From positions 1-64,000 of the forward strand of contig JBDLIE010000003.1 of assembly GCA_039715015.1 (NCBI GenBank): 64,000 bases of DNA, given 5' to 3'. Both the position numbers and the translations under genes were made by a program. Of the stretch, positions 19,977-29,086 are shown piece after piece. The DNA comes from Thermodesulfobacteriota bacterium. GTDB lineage: Bacteria; Desulfobacterota; Desulfobulbia; Desulfobulbales; SURF-16. How positions within the stretch are numbered: position 1 is the first letter of the stretch; the number at the start of each line of letters is the position of its first letter. The notes under the pieces were generated by a model, which was given only the letters and a program-made list of their open reading frames with translations, was not told the DNA's origin and did no database searches.

Positions 19977-20972
19977 ATGTCCACATTGCCTGAAAAAAAC
20001 CTTATTGATTTGTTCGACAGGACTATCTCCTACCTGCGAGTCTCTTTGACTGATCAATGTAACCTGCGTTGTGTATACTGCACCCCAGCGCCATTGTCAA
20101 AGCTCAACCATGGAGAGTTACTCACCTATGAAGAGCTTTTGCGGGTTATTAATATCTGCGTTGATCTTGGTATTAAAAAAGTACGCCTTACCGGTGGTGA
20201 GCCTTTGGTGAGGAAAAATATTGGTTCATTTATTGAAGGTCTGTCACGTATTTCTGGTCTCGAGGATATCCGCTTGACCACCAATGGCGTTTATCTCGAA
20301 AAATATGGCGACCTGCTCTATAATGCTGGTGTCCGGAAGCTCAATATCAGCCTTGACACCCTGAAGCCGGAGAGGTTTAAGAAAATCACTGGGGTGGATT
20401 GTTTTAAAAAGGTCTGGAGCGGCATAGAGATGGCTTGTGATAAAGGGTTCTCACCAGTGAAGCTCAACATGGTGGCCATGCGCGGCATCAACGACGATGA
20501 GCTTGTTGATTTCGCCAGGCTTTCCCTGGAGAGGGCTTTGCAAGTACGCTATATTGAGTTTATGCCCATTGGGAATTCAGCGGTATGGGGCAAAGAAAAG
20601 TACATCCCCTCTGCAGAGATTATTGACAAGCTGAAGGTGCTCGGTGAACTGGAACCTGTTGGTCAAAGGCAGATGGATGGCCCGGCAAAGGTCTATAAGA
20701 TCCCTGGCAGTAAGGGCAGCATCGGCTTTATCAGCCCTTTGAGCCACAAATTCTGCGAGAAATGTAACCGGCTTCGCCTTACCTCGGAAGGCAAACTGCG
20801 CTCCTGTCTTTTATCTGACAAGGAAAGCGATCTGAAGGAATTATTGCGCAGCGGTGCCAGTGATGAGCAGATTGCTGAGCTTGTTGTTCAAACGATTGTT
20901 GCCAAGCCCCAAGGACATAAGGTGGTTGAGGGTGAGAATTGTCATGGCCGCATGTCACGCATCGGCGGCTGA
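19977..20972 (+). CDS. moaA: GTP 3',8-cyclase (radical SAM)
   Basis: YLRVSLTDQCNLRCVYC, RLTGGEP, FCEKCNRLRLT...SCL, C-terminal MSRIGG. Confidence 0.96.
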   Translation: MSTLPEKNLIDLFDRTISYLRVSLTDQCNLRCVYCTPAPLSKLNHGELLTYEELLRVINICVDLGIKKVRLTGGEPLVRKNIGSFIEGLSRISGLEDIRLTTNGVYLEKYGDLLYNAGVRKLNISLDTLKPERFKKITGVDCFKKVWSGIEMACDKGFSPVKLNMVAMRGINDDELVDFARLSLERALQVRYIEFMPIGNSAVWGKEKYIPSAEIIDKLKVLGELEPVGQRQMDGPAKVYKIPGSKGSIGFISPLSHKFCEKCNRLRLTSEGKLRSCLLSDKESDLKELLRSGASDEQIAELVVQTIVAKPQGHKVVEGENCHGRMSRIGG

Positions 20973-22055
20973 TTCCCGGGCCTGGGGGTAGGATCCCAAC
21001 CATTCAAAATAAGAGCAGGATTCTTGCAGACGCTCACAGGCTTCTTTGATGACACCGTCATTCATATGTCCGAGCATATCAATAAAGAATAGGTATTTAC
21101 CTGGCTCGCTTTTTACAGGCCTTGATTCGATACGAGTCATGTTGATGTTCCGGCGGGCAAGGATGGTCAGGGCGTCGTTCAATGCCCCAGGTTTGTCCAA
21201 TAACCCCACCAATAACGATGTTTTGTCACGGCCGCTTACAGTGGGTGATTCTTTGCCAATAAGAACGAAACGGGTGGTGTTGCCTCGATAATCCTCGATT
21301 CCTTTGGTGACAACCTGAAGCTGGTAGGTCTTGATGGCCAAAGAACTGGCAATGGCTGCTACAGAATGGTCCTTGGCGGCCATCTGGGCCGCAACTCCTG
21401 TTGAGAAGACACTCTGACAGGCTACGTCTGGCAGGTTTTTTCTTAACCACTGCCGACACTGGGCAAGGGGTTGTGAGTGAGACACCACGGTTTTGATGTC
21501 CTCGATGTTGCCTGAAAAATTCACCAAGTTATGGGTGATGGCCAGAAACTCCTCGCCACAGATCTGCACCTTACATTTCATAAACGAATCAAGACTCGAA
21601 GTTACTGATCCCTCAATGGAGTTCTCCAGCGGAACAATGCCGTAGTCAACGCGGCCCCGTTCAACTTCGTAAAAGATATCCTCAATGGTTTCGATGGGCC
21701 GGTAATCGGCGGTTGAACCAAAATATTTCACGGCGGCCAGATGGGAAAAAGTGGCCTCAGGACCAAGATAGGCGACCTCCGTTGATTTTTGGGAAAGGCG
21801 GCATGTGGTTATGATTTCGTGAAAAATGCTGAAGAGGGCATCGTCAGGGAATTCTTTTTTGTTACTGTTTTTTAAACGATCATAAATCTGCCTTTCTCGA
21901 AGGGGATCCCATTTAGCGCGGTTATCCTTTGATTTGAGCATGCCGATTTCTTTGGCACACTTAAGACGCTCTTTTAAGAGATTGAGGAAAGTGTTGTCAA
22001 TTTCATCAATGCGGTCGCGGACTTTACCAAGATCGGCCTTGTTATCTTCAGACAT
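20955..22055 (-). CDS. pheA: Chorismate mutase / prephenate dehydratase (P-protein)
   Basis: N-terminal AroQ domain (RDRIDEID...RERQI), AYLGPEATFS, PLENSIEG, NTTRF, ACT domain IESRP, LGSYP. Confidence 0.95.
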   Translation of the reverse strand: MSEDNKADLGKVRDRIDEIDNTFLNLLKERLKCAKEIGMLKSKDNRAKWDPLRERQIYDRLKNSNKKEFPDDALFSIFHEIITTCRLSQKSTEVAYLGPEATFSHLAAVKYFGSTADYRPIETIEDIFYEVERGRVDYGIVPLENSIEGSVTSSLDSFMKCKVQICGEEFLAITHNLVNFSGNIEDIKTVVSHSQPLAQCRQWLRKNLPDVACQSVFSTGVAAQMAAKDHSVAAIASSLAIKTYQLQVVTKGIEDYRGNTTRFVLIGKESPTVSGRDKTSLLVGLLDKPGALNDALTILARRNINMTRIESRPVKSEPGKYLFFIDMLGHMNDGVIKEACERLQESCSYFEWLGSYPQARESAADA

Positions 22056-22467
22056 AGTTTTTGTTATCAGATGAGTTTGTAAAAGAATTTATAAAGACAC
22101 AATTCACTTAATTAAATTGGCAAAGAAAATAAAGGGAATTCTCTCTCTTCTTCTTATAATATTTTTGACGCTTAGTGTAATAAATTCCATTTTTTCAAGA
22201 TGTTGCGAGACATGGGGAGGGAGGGGTAAGGTTTTTTTCTTAATTGTTGAAAAGAGTGGTGTATTGTTTTAATTTGATTAGATAAATTTTAAGAATACAT
22301 CCTTTTTTCATCTTCTTTCCGCCTTTTAACAAGTTTTCAGATTACTTTTTTTGTCTGGCCTTAAAGCGGAAAAACACCGTGACTCCTGCTTGTTTTATGT
22401 TTTGAGGTAATATTTTTTGGTGATCGGTGACAAAGACTCTTTGGCGAGTCAGTAAGTTGGTCCAGCT

Positions 22468-23070
22468 ATGAAAATCAAAAACTGGATGCAGTCAGAACCT
22501 GTGATTATTGATCGCCAGGCCCTTTTGCAGGATGCAGCTTCATTGATGAAGGAGTATGGCATCCGACACCTTCCTGTTGTCGATGAAGAAGAAAACATGG
22601 TCGGCTTTATAACAGAAAGTGACCTTCGTCATTTCTCTTTTCCATCTATGGTTGAGGATATTCCTGTTCACCAGGTGATGGTTCTTAACCCAATTACAGT
22701 TAACCCCAATGCCAGTATTGAGACAGCTGCCCGCCTTATTCATGATTATAAGATTGGTGGATTACCGGTTTTAGATAAGAAAAAACTGGTCGGCATTATC
22801 ACGCTTTCAGACATTTTAGCCGCCTTTATCGAGGTAATGGGTCTCCTGAAAAAATCCACCCGTATTGATGTTATCGTTAATAAAAAAGGTGGAGTCGATG
22901 ATGTAACCAGGATTATTAAAGAGAATAAGGGGGAGATTGTGAGTGTGGCCCAGGAGAGTCAATCCTCCCGCCGTAAGGTTCATTACTTCCGTTTGGATAA
23001 ATGTGATGTTGAGCCCATTGTCGAGGCCTTAGAGAAAAATGGACACAAGGTAGTTTCAGTAATGGAATAG
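22468..23070 (+). CDS. CBS-pair plus ACT domain protein (AcuB-like)
   Basis: Two CBS repeats (IRHLPVVD..GFITESD; IGGLPVLD..GIITLSD) and a C-terminal ACT-like domain. Confidence 0.88.
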   Translation: MKIKNWMQSEPVIIDRQALLQDAASLMKEYGIRHLPVVDEEENMVGFITESDLRHFSFPSMVEDIPVHQVMVLNPITVNPNASIETAARLIHDYKIGGLPVLDKKKLVGIITLSDILAAFIEVMGLLKKSTRIDVIVNKKGGVDDVTRIIKENKGEIVSVAQESQSSRRKVHYFRLDKCDVEPIVEALEKNGHKVVSVME

Positions 23071-23124
23071 GTCGTAAGTCACATTTAAGTTTCACGGTGA
23101 TTTTAGAGATAATGTTTTAAATTC

Positions 23125-23188
23125 TTGAAAAATACAGGCAAGTCGTTATAAAAAATAAGCCCGCCAAGGTCTCTACCCTGGTGGGCTT
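23125..23188 (+). promoter_or_regulatory. Putative promoter and 5' hairpin for the DUF39-larE pair
   Basis: TTGAAA(23125)-N16-TATAAA(23147). Hairpin AAGCCCGCCA/TGGTGGGCTT at 23157-23188, which could instead terminate the upstream gene. Confidence 0.4.
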
Positions 23189-23226
23189 TATAGTTGCAAT
23201 GTGCCCTTCAGATTAGGACGAAAGAT

Positions 23227-24402
23227 ATGACAAAAAAGGCTTTTAAGGTTGAAAAAACCTATGAAGAGATAAATGCCCGGATCAAAGCGGGCGAGGCGGT
23301 TGTTGTTACTGCTGAAGAGATGGTTGGAATCGTTAAGGAGCACGGCCCTGAAGAAGCGGCCCGGAAGGTGGATGTTGTAACCACCGGTACCTTTTCGCCC
23401 ATGTGTTCCTCCGGCGCCATTATTAACTTTGGCCATACTAACCCTACGATCAAGGCATCTAAAGTCTGGCTCAATAATGTTATGGCCTATGCTGGTCTTG
23501 CTGCTGTGGATATTTACCTTGGTGCAGCAGAAGTCGCCGAGGATGATCCCCTCAACAAGGTCTTTCCTGGTAGTTTTCGCTATGGCGGAGGTCACGTTCT
23601 TGAAGACCTTGTTGCTGGCAAGAAGGTGAAGCTTAAGGCCATCGGCTACGGGACAGATTGCTACCCTGCCACAGAGGCAGAAAAAGAGGTGACGTTAGAT
23701 GAACTCCCCTATGCATTGCTGGTAAATCCTCGTAATTGCTATCAAAATTATAATTGCGCGGTTAATTTATCTGATAAGACTATCTATACATATATGGGCA
23801 CCTTGCTATCAAAGGGTAGAAATGCCAATTTCTGCAGTGCTGGGGAATTAAGTCCTCTATTAAATGATCCTTTATATAAGACTATTGGCCTGGGAACTCG
23901 TATCTTCTTAGGTGGTGCCGTTGGTTACGTTACCTGGCAGGGCACACAGCATAACCCTGGTGCGCCCCGCCTCGATAACGATACACCAAGAAGGCCATCT
24001 GGAACCTTAATGCTACAAGGCGACATGAAGAAGATGTCGGCCGAATGGTTAAAGGGCATCTCTATGCAGGGGTATGGAACCACCCTTGCTGTGGGAGTTG
24101 GTGTGCCCATTCCAATTCTTAATGAAGAGATGGCGGCATATACCGGTGTTTCTGACGAGGAATTATTCACTCAGGTAGTGGATTATTCCTACGACTACTC
24201 CCACGGTGTTGCCAGAAATTATGGTGAGGTTTCATACGCTCAACTTAAAAGCGGCGAAATTGAGGTCAATGGTAAAAATGTAAAAACAGCCCCTCTCTCC
24301 AGTATGGTTAAGGCCAGAGAAATTGCCAATATTCTGAAAGAATGGATTCAGAAGGGTGATTTTTTATTGGAAGAGCCTATTCAGAACCTTCCTGATAAAT
24401 AA
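23227..24402 (+). CDS. Homocysteine biosynthesis protein, DUF39 (L-aspartate semialdehyde sulfurtransferase, MA1821-like), without fused CBS domains
   Basis: KTYEEINARI, DVVTTGTFSPMCSSGA, YGGGHVLEDL, PRNCYQNY, GELSPLLNDP, VGVPIP, SYAQLKSG. Confidence 0.88.
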   Translation: MTKKAFKVEKTYEEINARIKAGEAVVVTAEEMVGIVKEHGPEEAARKVDVVTTGTFSPMCSSGAIINFGHTNPTIKASKVWLNNVMAYAGLAAVDIYLGAAEVAEDDPLNKVFPGSFRYGGGHVLEDLVAGKKVKLKAIGYGTDCYPATEAEKEVTLDELPYALLVNPRNCYQNYNCAVNLSDKTIYTYMGTLLSKGRNANFCSAGELSPLLNDPLYKTIGLGTRIFLGGAVGYVTWQGTQHNPGAPRLDNDTPRRPSGTLMLQGDMKKMSAEWLKGISMQGYGTTLAVGVGVPIPILNEEMAAYTGVSDEELFTQVVDYSYDYSHGVARNYGEVSYAQLKSGEIEVNGKNVKTAPLSSMVKAREIANILKEWIQKGDFLLEEPIQNLPDK

Positions 24403-24413
24403 TAACCTCTGTT

Positions 24414-25205
24414 TTGAAAAAGATTCAGAAGGAACTCCTCTCTGCCCTTGAGGAGTGGTTTTCAACCAAGCAGAAGGTTGCCGTCGCTTATTCAGGCGGT
24501 GTAGATAGCTCGCTGCTTCTTTTTTTAGGAAGTAAGGTGCTTGGCCGTAATTGTGTGGGGCTTTTTGCAGATAGTCCCCTTGTGGCCAGGCATCAGGTTG
24601 AGGCTGCTAAAAGTTTTGCCAAACAGTTTGGACTCGTTCTGGAGGAAAGGATATTTTCTCCTCTCGATCTCCCGGGTTTTTCAGAAAACAAAAAAAATCG
24701 ATGTTATATCTGCAAAAAATCCCTTTATCATACTCTGGAAAAATCTTTGGAGCCTGGCTGGCACCTTGTGGATGGAACAAATCTTGATGACAATCCTGAT
24801 GAGAGACCAGGTTTTCAAGCCATACAAGAATTAGGTGTAGCCACACCATTTCTGGATTGCAGGATTAACAAGAAACAGATTCGTGATATAAGTCGTACCC
24901 TTGGACTTTCTTCTTGGAACAAACCAAGCGATTCCTGCTTGGCTACCCGTATCCCAAGACATTGCCGCCTTTCTCGTGAAATTTTGCAGAAGGTTGAAGA
25001 TGCTGAAGAAATTTTGCATAATTTCGGCTTTGATGGAGTGCGAGCAAAACTCCATGGTGATGAAATCCTCCTGACATTTAAGGAGGGTGATTTAGAGAGA
25101 GCTTTAATACTTGAAGTAGCGAAAAATATTAGGAAAAAAATGATGGGATGCAGTTTTTCAAAAGTTTTTCTTGATCTTTCTGAACGACCGGGTATCTTGC
25201 CTTGA
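24414..25205 (+). CDS. larE: LarE-family PP-loop ATP-dependent sulfur insertase
   Basis: PP-loop VAYSGGVDS, RCYICK, DGTNLDD, RPG, SCLATRIP. TTG start 11 nt after the DUF39 stop. Confidence 0.82.
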   Translation: MKKIQKELLSALEEWFSTKQKVAVAYSGGVDSSLLLFLGSKVLGRNCVGLFADSPLVARHQVEAAKSFAKQFGLVLEERIFSPLDLPGFSENKKNRCYICKKSLYHTLEKSLEPGWHLVDGTNLDDNPDERPGFQAIQELGVATPFLDCRINKKQIRDISRTLGLSSWNKPSDSCLATRIPRHCRLSREILQKVEDAEEILHNFGFDGVRAKLHGDEILLTFKEGDLERALILEVAKNIRKKMMGCSFSKVFLDLSERPGILP

Positions 25206-25360
25206 ATTGCTTGGTATAAGTGGCATTAGCCACGATTTACCTATTAAAGTATGCTCTAAAAAATCTTCCTTGAAAATCACCCTCGACGGGTTATAAATTC
25301 TTCCTTTTTTTTGTCAAAGTATGATATTTAAAAATATCTATAAAAAACGGATAGTTTTAT

Positions 25361-25388
25361 TTGACAACCACTTCTCGTTTAGTACAAT
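25361..25388 (+). promoter_or_regulatory. sigma70 promoter for hup
   Basis: TTGACA-N16-TACAAT. Confidence 0.65.
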
Positions 25389-25440
25389 TTTTTACTAACG
25401 AGAACATTCACCCCTAATAGTAACACGAGGAGAAAAGAGA

Positions 25441-25713
25441 ATGAATAAAAGTGAATTGGTAGACAACATGGCTTCTTCTGCAGGTATTAGTAAAGCAGCT
25501 GCTGAAAAAGCATTAACTGGTCTTCTTGAGTCCATCACAAACGCACTCTCCGGCGGTGACAAGGTAACACTGGTTGGTTTCGGTACCTTTTCCACCTCGA
25601 ATAGAGCTGCTCGTCAGGGACGTAATCCCCAGACTGGTGCTACCATCAAGATTGCTGCCCGCACTGTTGCCCGTTTCAAGCCTGGTAGCAAGCTGGCAGA
25701 CGCCGTTAAGTAG
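25441..25713 (+). CDS. hup: DNA-binding protein HU
   Basis: MNKSELV, LVGFGTF, RAARQGRNPQTG, FKPG. GAGGAG RBS. Confidence 0.97.
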   Translation: MNKSELVDNMASSAGISKAAAEKALTGLLESITNALSGGDKVTLVGFGTFSTSNRAARQGRNPQTGATIKIAARTVARFKPGSKLADAVK

Positions 25714-25810
25714 TTTACATTCACGATCGAATCTTCTTGGGCCAACCAAGTAAGGTTAAAAAGTGTGAATAGTTTTTCCGTGAGTTCTTAAATGAACCGG
25801 GGAGACGGAG

Positions 25811-25854
25811 AATAAAAAAAGCGTAATAGCATTTGCTATTACGCTTTTTTTATT
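25811..25854 (+). terminator. Intrinsic terminator after the hup trailer
   Basis: Perfect inverted repeat AATAAAAAAAGCGTAATAGCA-TT-TGCTATTACGCTTTTTTTATT. Confidence 0.85.
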
Positions 25855-25930
25855 TGGAGAAATTATTTTGTTGAATAAGGGGTTTCTTGATTTTTAAAAA
25901 AAATAGAACTATAAACTCACCTTCATAGGT

Positions 25931-26007
25931 CGGGATGTGGCTCAGTCTGGTAGAGCACCTGCTTCGGGGGTAGGGGGTCGGAGGTTCAAATCCTCTCATC
26001 CCGACCA
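25931..26007 (+). tRNA. tRNA-Pro(CGG)
   Basis: Acceptor CGGGATG/CATCCCG, D arm GCTCAGTCTGGTAGAGC, anticodon arm CCTGC-TT-CGG-GG-GTAGG, GGTTCAAATCC, encoded CCA. Confidence 0.96.
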
Positions 26008-26011
26008 TTTC

Positions 26012-27379
26012 TTAGTTATTCACTGTTTTTTCTACTACGCTTTGAATCGTTCCATCTTCAACCCTCACTTGGATTTGGTCTCCTGAAGCTACTTGCCGAA
26101 TGCTGTGAATTATTTTTTTGTCCTTATTGAGGACCATGGCATATCCTCTTCCTAAAACAGCTAATGGGCTTAAAGCGTCAAGGAGTGTAGCCTGCCTTGT
26201 GAAGTTTTCCCATTTTTTCTGGAAAGTATCTTTTATGTGCTGGCTCAGTTGAATGGTAAGGTTGTCACACCTTATCTTTGCCGCAGAGAGCTTTTTTTCT
26301 GGACTGTGGGCTGTGAGTTTTTGACGGTTAGATTCAAGACGTTTACGCGCAAAATCTCTTTTCCTGGTAAAAAGATGGATAAGGTTGAGGGTTATATGGT
26401 CCACCTTCAATTGATAATGATCGATAATCTTGCGCGGATCGGTAAGAAGTTTCTCTAAAACGTGGAGTCGGGTCTTATTTCTTTGCAGGCTAGTTTCTAA
26501 GGAATTTTTCATCCTTTGAGTGAGGAGGCTTAGCCCATCATGGAGTTGTTTTTTGTTAACCACGACCTCTTCGGCTGCTGCTGTGGGAGTAGGGGACCTA
26601 TGATCTGCCGCCAAATCTGCGATGGTAAAGTCAACCTCATGGCCAATTGCTGCCACTAGAGGAATCTCTGATGCGTGGATGGCCCTGGCTAGTTGTTCAT
26701 TATTAAATGCTGCCAAGTCTTCCAGGGAGCCTCCACCCCTTGTGAGAACGATAATGTCAGCCCAATTACGCTTATTGGCCAAAGCAATCTGGCTAACGAT
26801 ATCTGTGGCTGCGTTTTCGCCCTGAACAGCTGCCGGGAAAATTTCGACCTCCAGATTGGGGAAACGCTCCAGGGATTTTTTGAGAAAATCATGCACTGCC
26901 GCCCCTGTGGGAGAAGTAATAAGGCAGATCTTGCGAACAAAAGCCGGCAGCTTCTTTTTTGACTCTGGGGCAAAAAGTCCTTCAGTAAACAATTTTTCCT
27001 TGAGGCGTTCAAATTGTTGTCGTAGATTGCCGAGCCCTTCTTCGGTGACATGATCAACAATAATTTGGTATTCACCACGTTGTTTGTAAACGGAAATTCG
27101 TCCCTTGCAGATAACCTTTGCACCAACAGCTAGGGGTTTTTCCAGATAACGCTGCTGGCTTTTAAAGAGGACGCATCGTATCTGAGCCTGAGAATCTTTT
27201 AAGGTGAAGTAGTGGTGGCCGGAATAGGGGCGCCGCAGGTTAGAGATCTCACCCGAGATTGCCACAAAAGGAAATTCACTTTCCAAGAGCAGAGTCAGGG
27301 AGCTTGTCAACTCACTGACCGACTGGACTTGTCGAGCGTTGAACAGGGAAGGAGGGGATGTTTGATTAAGGGGGAACAT
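26012..27379 (-). CDS. xseA: Exodeoxyribonuclease VII large subunit
   Basis: SVSELT, GEISN, SGHHYFTLKD, RGGGSLEDL, AIGHEVDFTIAD, PTPTAAAE, LSPLAVLGRGY. Confidence 0.96.
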   Translation of the reverse strand: MFPLNQTSPPSLFNARQVQSVSELTSSLTLLLESEFPFVAISGEISNLRRPYSGHHYFTLKDSQAQIRCVLFKSQQRYLEKPLAVGAKVICKGRISVYKQRGEYQIIVDHVTEEGLGNLRQQFERLKEKLFTEGLFAPESKKKLPAFVRKICLITSPTGAAVHDFLKKSLERFPNLEVEIFPAAVQGENAATDIVSQIALANKRNWADIIVLTRGGGSLEDLAAFNNEQLARAIHASEIPLVAAIGHEVDFTIADLAADHRSPTPTAAAEEVVVNKKQLHDGLSLLTQRMKNSLETSLQRNKTRLHVLEKLLTDPRKIIDHYQLKVDHITLNLIHLFTRKRDFARKRLESNRQKLTAHSPEKKLSAAKIRCDNLTIQLSQHIKDTFQKKWENFTRQATLLDALSPLAVLGRGYAMVLNKDKKIIHSIRQVASGDQIQVRVEDGTIQSVVEKTVNN

Positions 27380-27491
27380 ATTGATTTTTTCTATCTCAGC
27401 CTGTATATGTTCATGTCTATTTTCGTGAAGGATAAACAGCTCTTAAATCGGTTTTTACAGTAATTCAAAAAAAGAAAAAAGGACTTCTTGA

Positions 27492-28166
27492 ATGGACGAA
27501 TCCAACGCCTTTACCAAGAAACATGTTGAGGAAGTAACTGCTGCCCAAAGAACTCTCCTTGATGAGCTTAATCTGCCCTCTGCTGTTAAACAATATATTC
27601 TTGATAACGCCAGGCTTTTGCAGGTTTCTTTTATCCTTATTGTCGGCGCTATTTGTGGATGGAGTTATTATAGCTATTATACGGATACTAAGAATGATCA
27701 AGCGGCCCAGCAGCTTACCCAGGCCATGCTCATGACTGATCCGGATCAGAAAGTCATCTCCTTAGAAAAAATATCTGATGAATTTTCGGGTACCGGCTCA
27801 GCTCTTTGGGGCCAAATGAGCCTCGCTGGTGACTACATTAATAGGGGCGAGTACGGCAATGCAATTTCCATTCTCCAGGAAACTCATAAAGATGTTGGCG
27901 GCGATAATCCTCTCTTCCCCCTTTTTCAGCAATTTTCAGGGGTTGCCTATGAGCTGAATGGTGATTTCGACATAGCCATTCAGCATTATATTTCATTAAG
28001 CTCATTGCCTGGTTTTGCGGCCCTTGGATATATTGAGAGTGGCCGTGTCTATGAGTTGACAGGTAAAGCTGCTGAAGCCAAAGATGCCTATGAAAAGGCA
28101 AATACCTCTAAAGATATTAAGCCTGATCAGCGCGCCTGGGTTCAAGAGAAAATCAATAACTTGTAA
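27492..28166 (+). CDS. Single-pass membrane TPR protein (YfgM-like)
   Basis: One N-proximal TM helix followed by TPR-like helices (GVAYELNGD, GRVYELTGKAAEAKDAY). Confidence 0.7.
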   Translation: MDESNAFTKKHVEEVTAAQRTLLDELNLPSAVKQYILDNARLLQVSFILIVGAICGWSYYSYYTDTKNDQAAQQLTQAMLMTDPDQKVISLEKISDEFSGTGSALWGQMSLAGDYINRGEYGNAISILQETHKDVGGDNPLFPLFQQFSGVAYELNGDFDIAIQHYISLSSLPGFAALGYIESGRVYELTGKAAEAKDAYEKANTSKDIKPDQRAWVQEKINNL

Positions 28167-28225
28167 ATACCTTGGCCTAAATGCCGAGGAACTAAGAAGG
28201 CAGGGTCAGTGTCTGCACAACTGGT

Positions 28226-29086
28226 ATGGAAATTATAAAAACCACCTCCGAAATGATTCGGTGGTCTACTGATATCCGGGCTGTGGGTCAGACCATTGCC
28301 CTGGTGCCGACCATGGGTTTTTTCCATGAGGGCCATCTCTCCCTCATGAAAGAGGCCAAAAAGGTCGCAGATAAGGTTGTCGTATCACTCTTTGTTAATC
28401 CAACCCAGTTTGGAATTGGCGAAGATTTGGCATCCTACCCTCGGGCCTTTGAGGACGACGCAGCCAAGGCCAGCGAAGTGGGCGTGGCAGCTCTTTTTTG
28501 CCCTGAGCCTGATCAGATCTATCCCCCTGGTTTTCAGAGCGCGGTGACGGTCTCTGGAATCACTCAAGAACTTTGTGGTAAAAGCAGGCCCCATCATTTC
28601 GCTGGTGTAACCACTGTTGTAAATAAGCTTTTTAATATCATCCAGCCACAATGTGCTCTTTTCGGGGAAAAGGATTTTCAGCAATTAGCGGTGATTAAGA
28701 GAATGGTTGCTGATCTTAATATGCCGGTGAAAATTATTGGTCACCCCATCGTCCGTGAAGAAGATGGCTTGGCTATGAGTTCCCGCAATGCTTATCTTGA
28801 CAAGAATGAACGTCAACAGGCCCTTTGCCTATGGCGCTCATTGCAGGAAGCACAGAAGCGTGCTCTAGCTGGTGAGCGCGAAAGTGCGAAGATGAAGATG
28901 ATTGTCCGAGATGTTATTAATAGACATGGACATTGTCAGATAGATTATATTGAATTTATAAATAAAAACACCTTAGAGAGTAGTGCGCGGATTGATGACG
29001 ATGTTATTCTTGCCTTGGCAGTTCGCATCGGTGAAACCCGGCTCATAGATAATGGCCGCCTGCTCCATGGAGAAGATAATGTTTAG
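28226..29086 (+). CDS. panC: Pantoate--beta-alanine ligase
   Basis: VPTMGFFHEGH, FVNPTQF, SRPHHFAGV, FGEKDFQQ, GLAMSSRN, RLIDN. Confidence 0.97.
   Translation: MEIIKTTSEMIRWSTDIRAVGQTIALVPTMGFFHEGHLSLMKEAKKVADKVVVSLFVNPTQFGIGEDLASYPRAFEDDAAKASEVGVAALFCPEPDQIYPPGFQSAVTVSGITQELCGKSRPHHFAGVTTVVNKLFNIIQPQCALFGEKDFQQLAVIKRMVADLNMPVKIIGHPIVREEDGLAMSSRNAYLDKNERQQALCLWRSLQEAQKRALAGERESAKMKMIVRDVINRHGHCQIDYIEFINKNTLESSARIDDDVILALAVRIGETRLIDNGRLLHGEDNV

Noticed and set aside
25931..26012. tRNA-Pro (and tRNA-Gln at 4786) as possible integration sites
   Set aside because: No integrase, no duplicated tRNA 3' end and no foreign-looking segment. Core genes follow directly.
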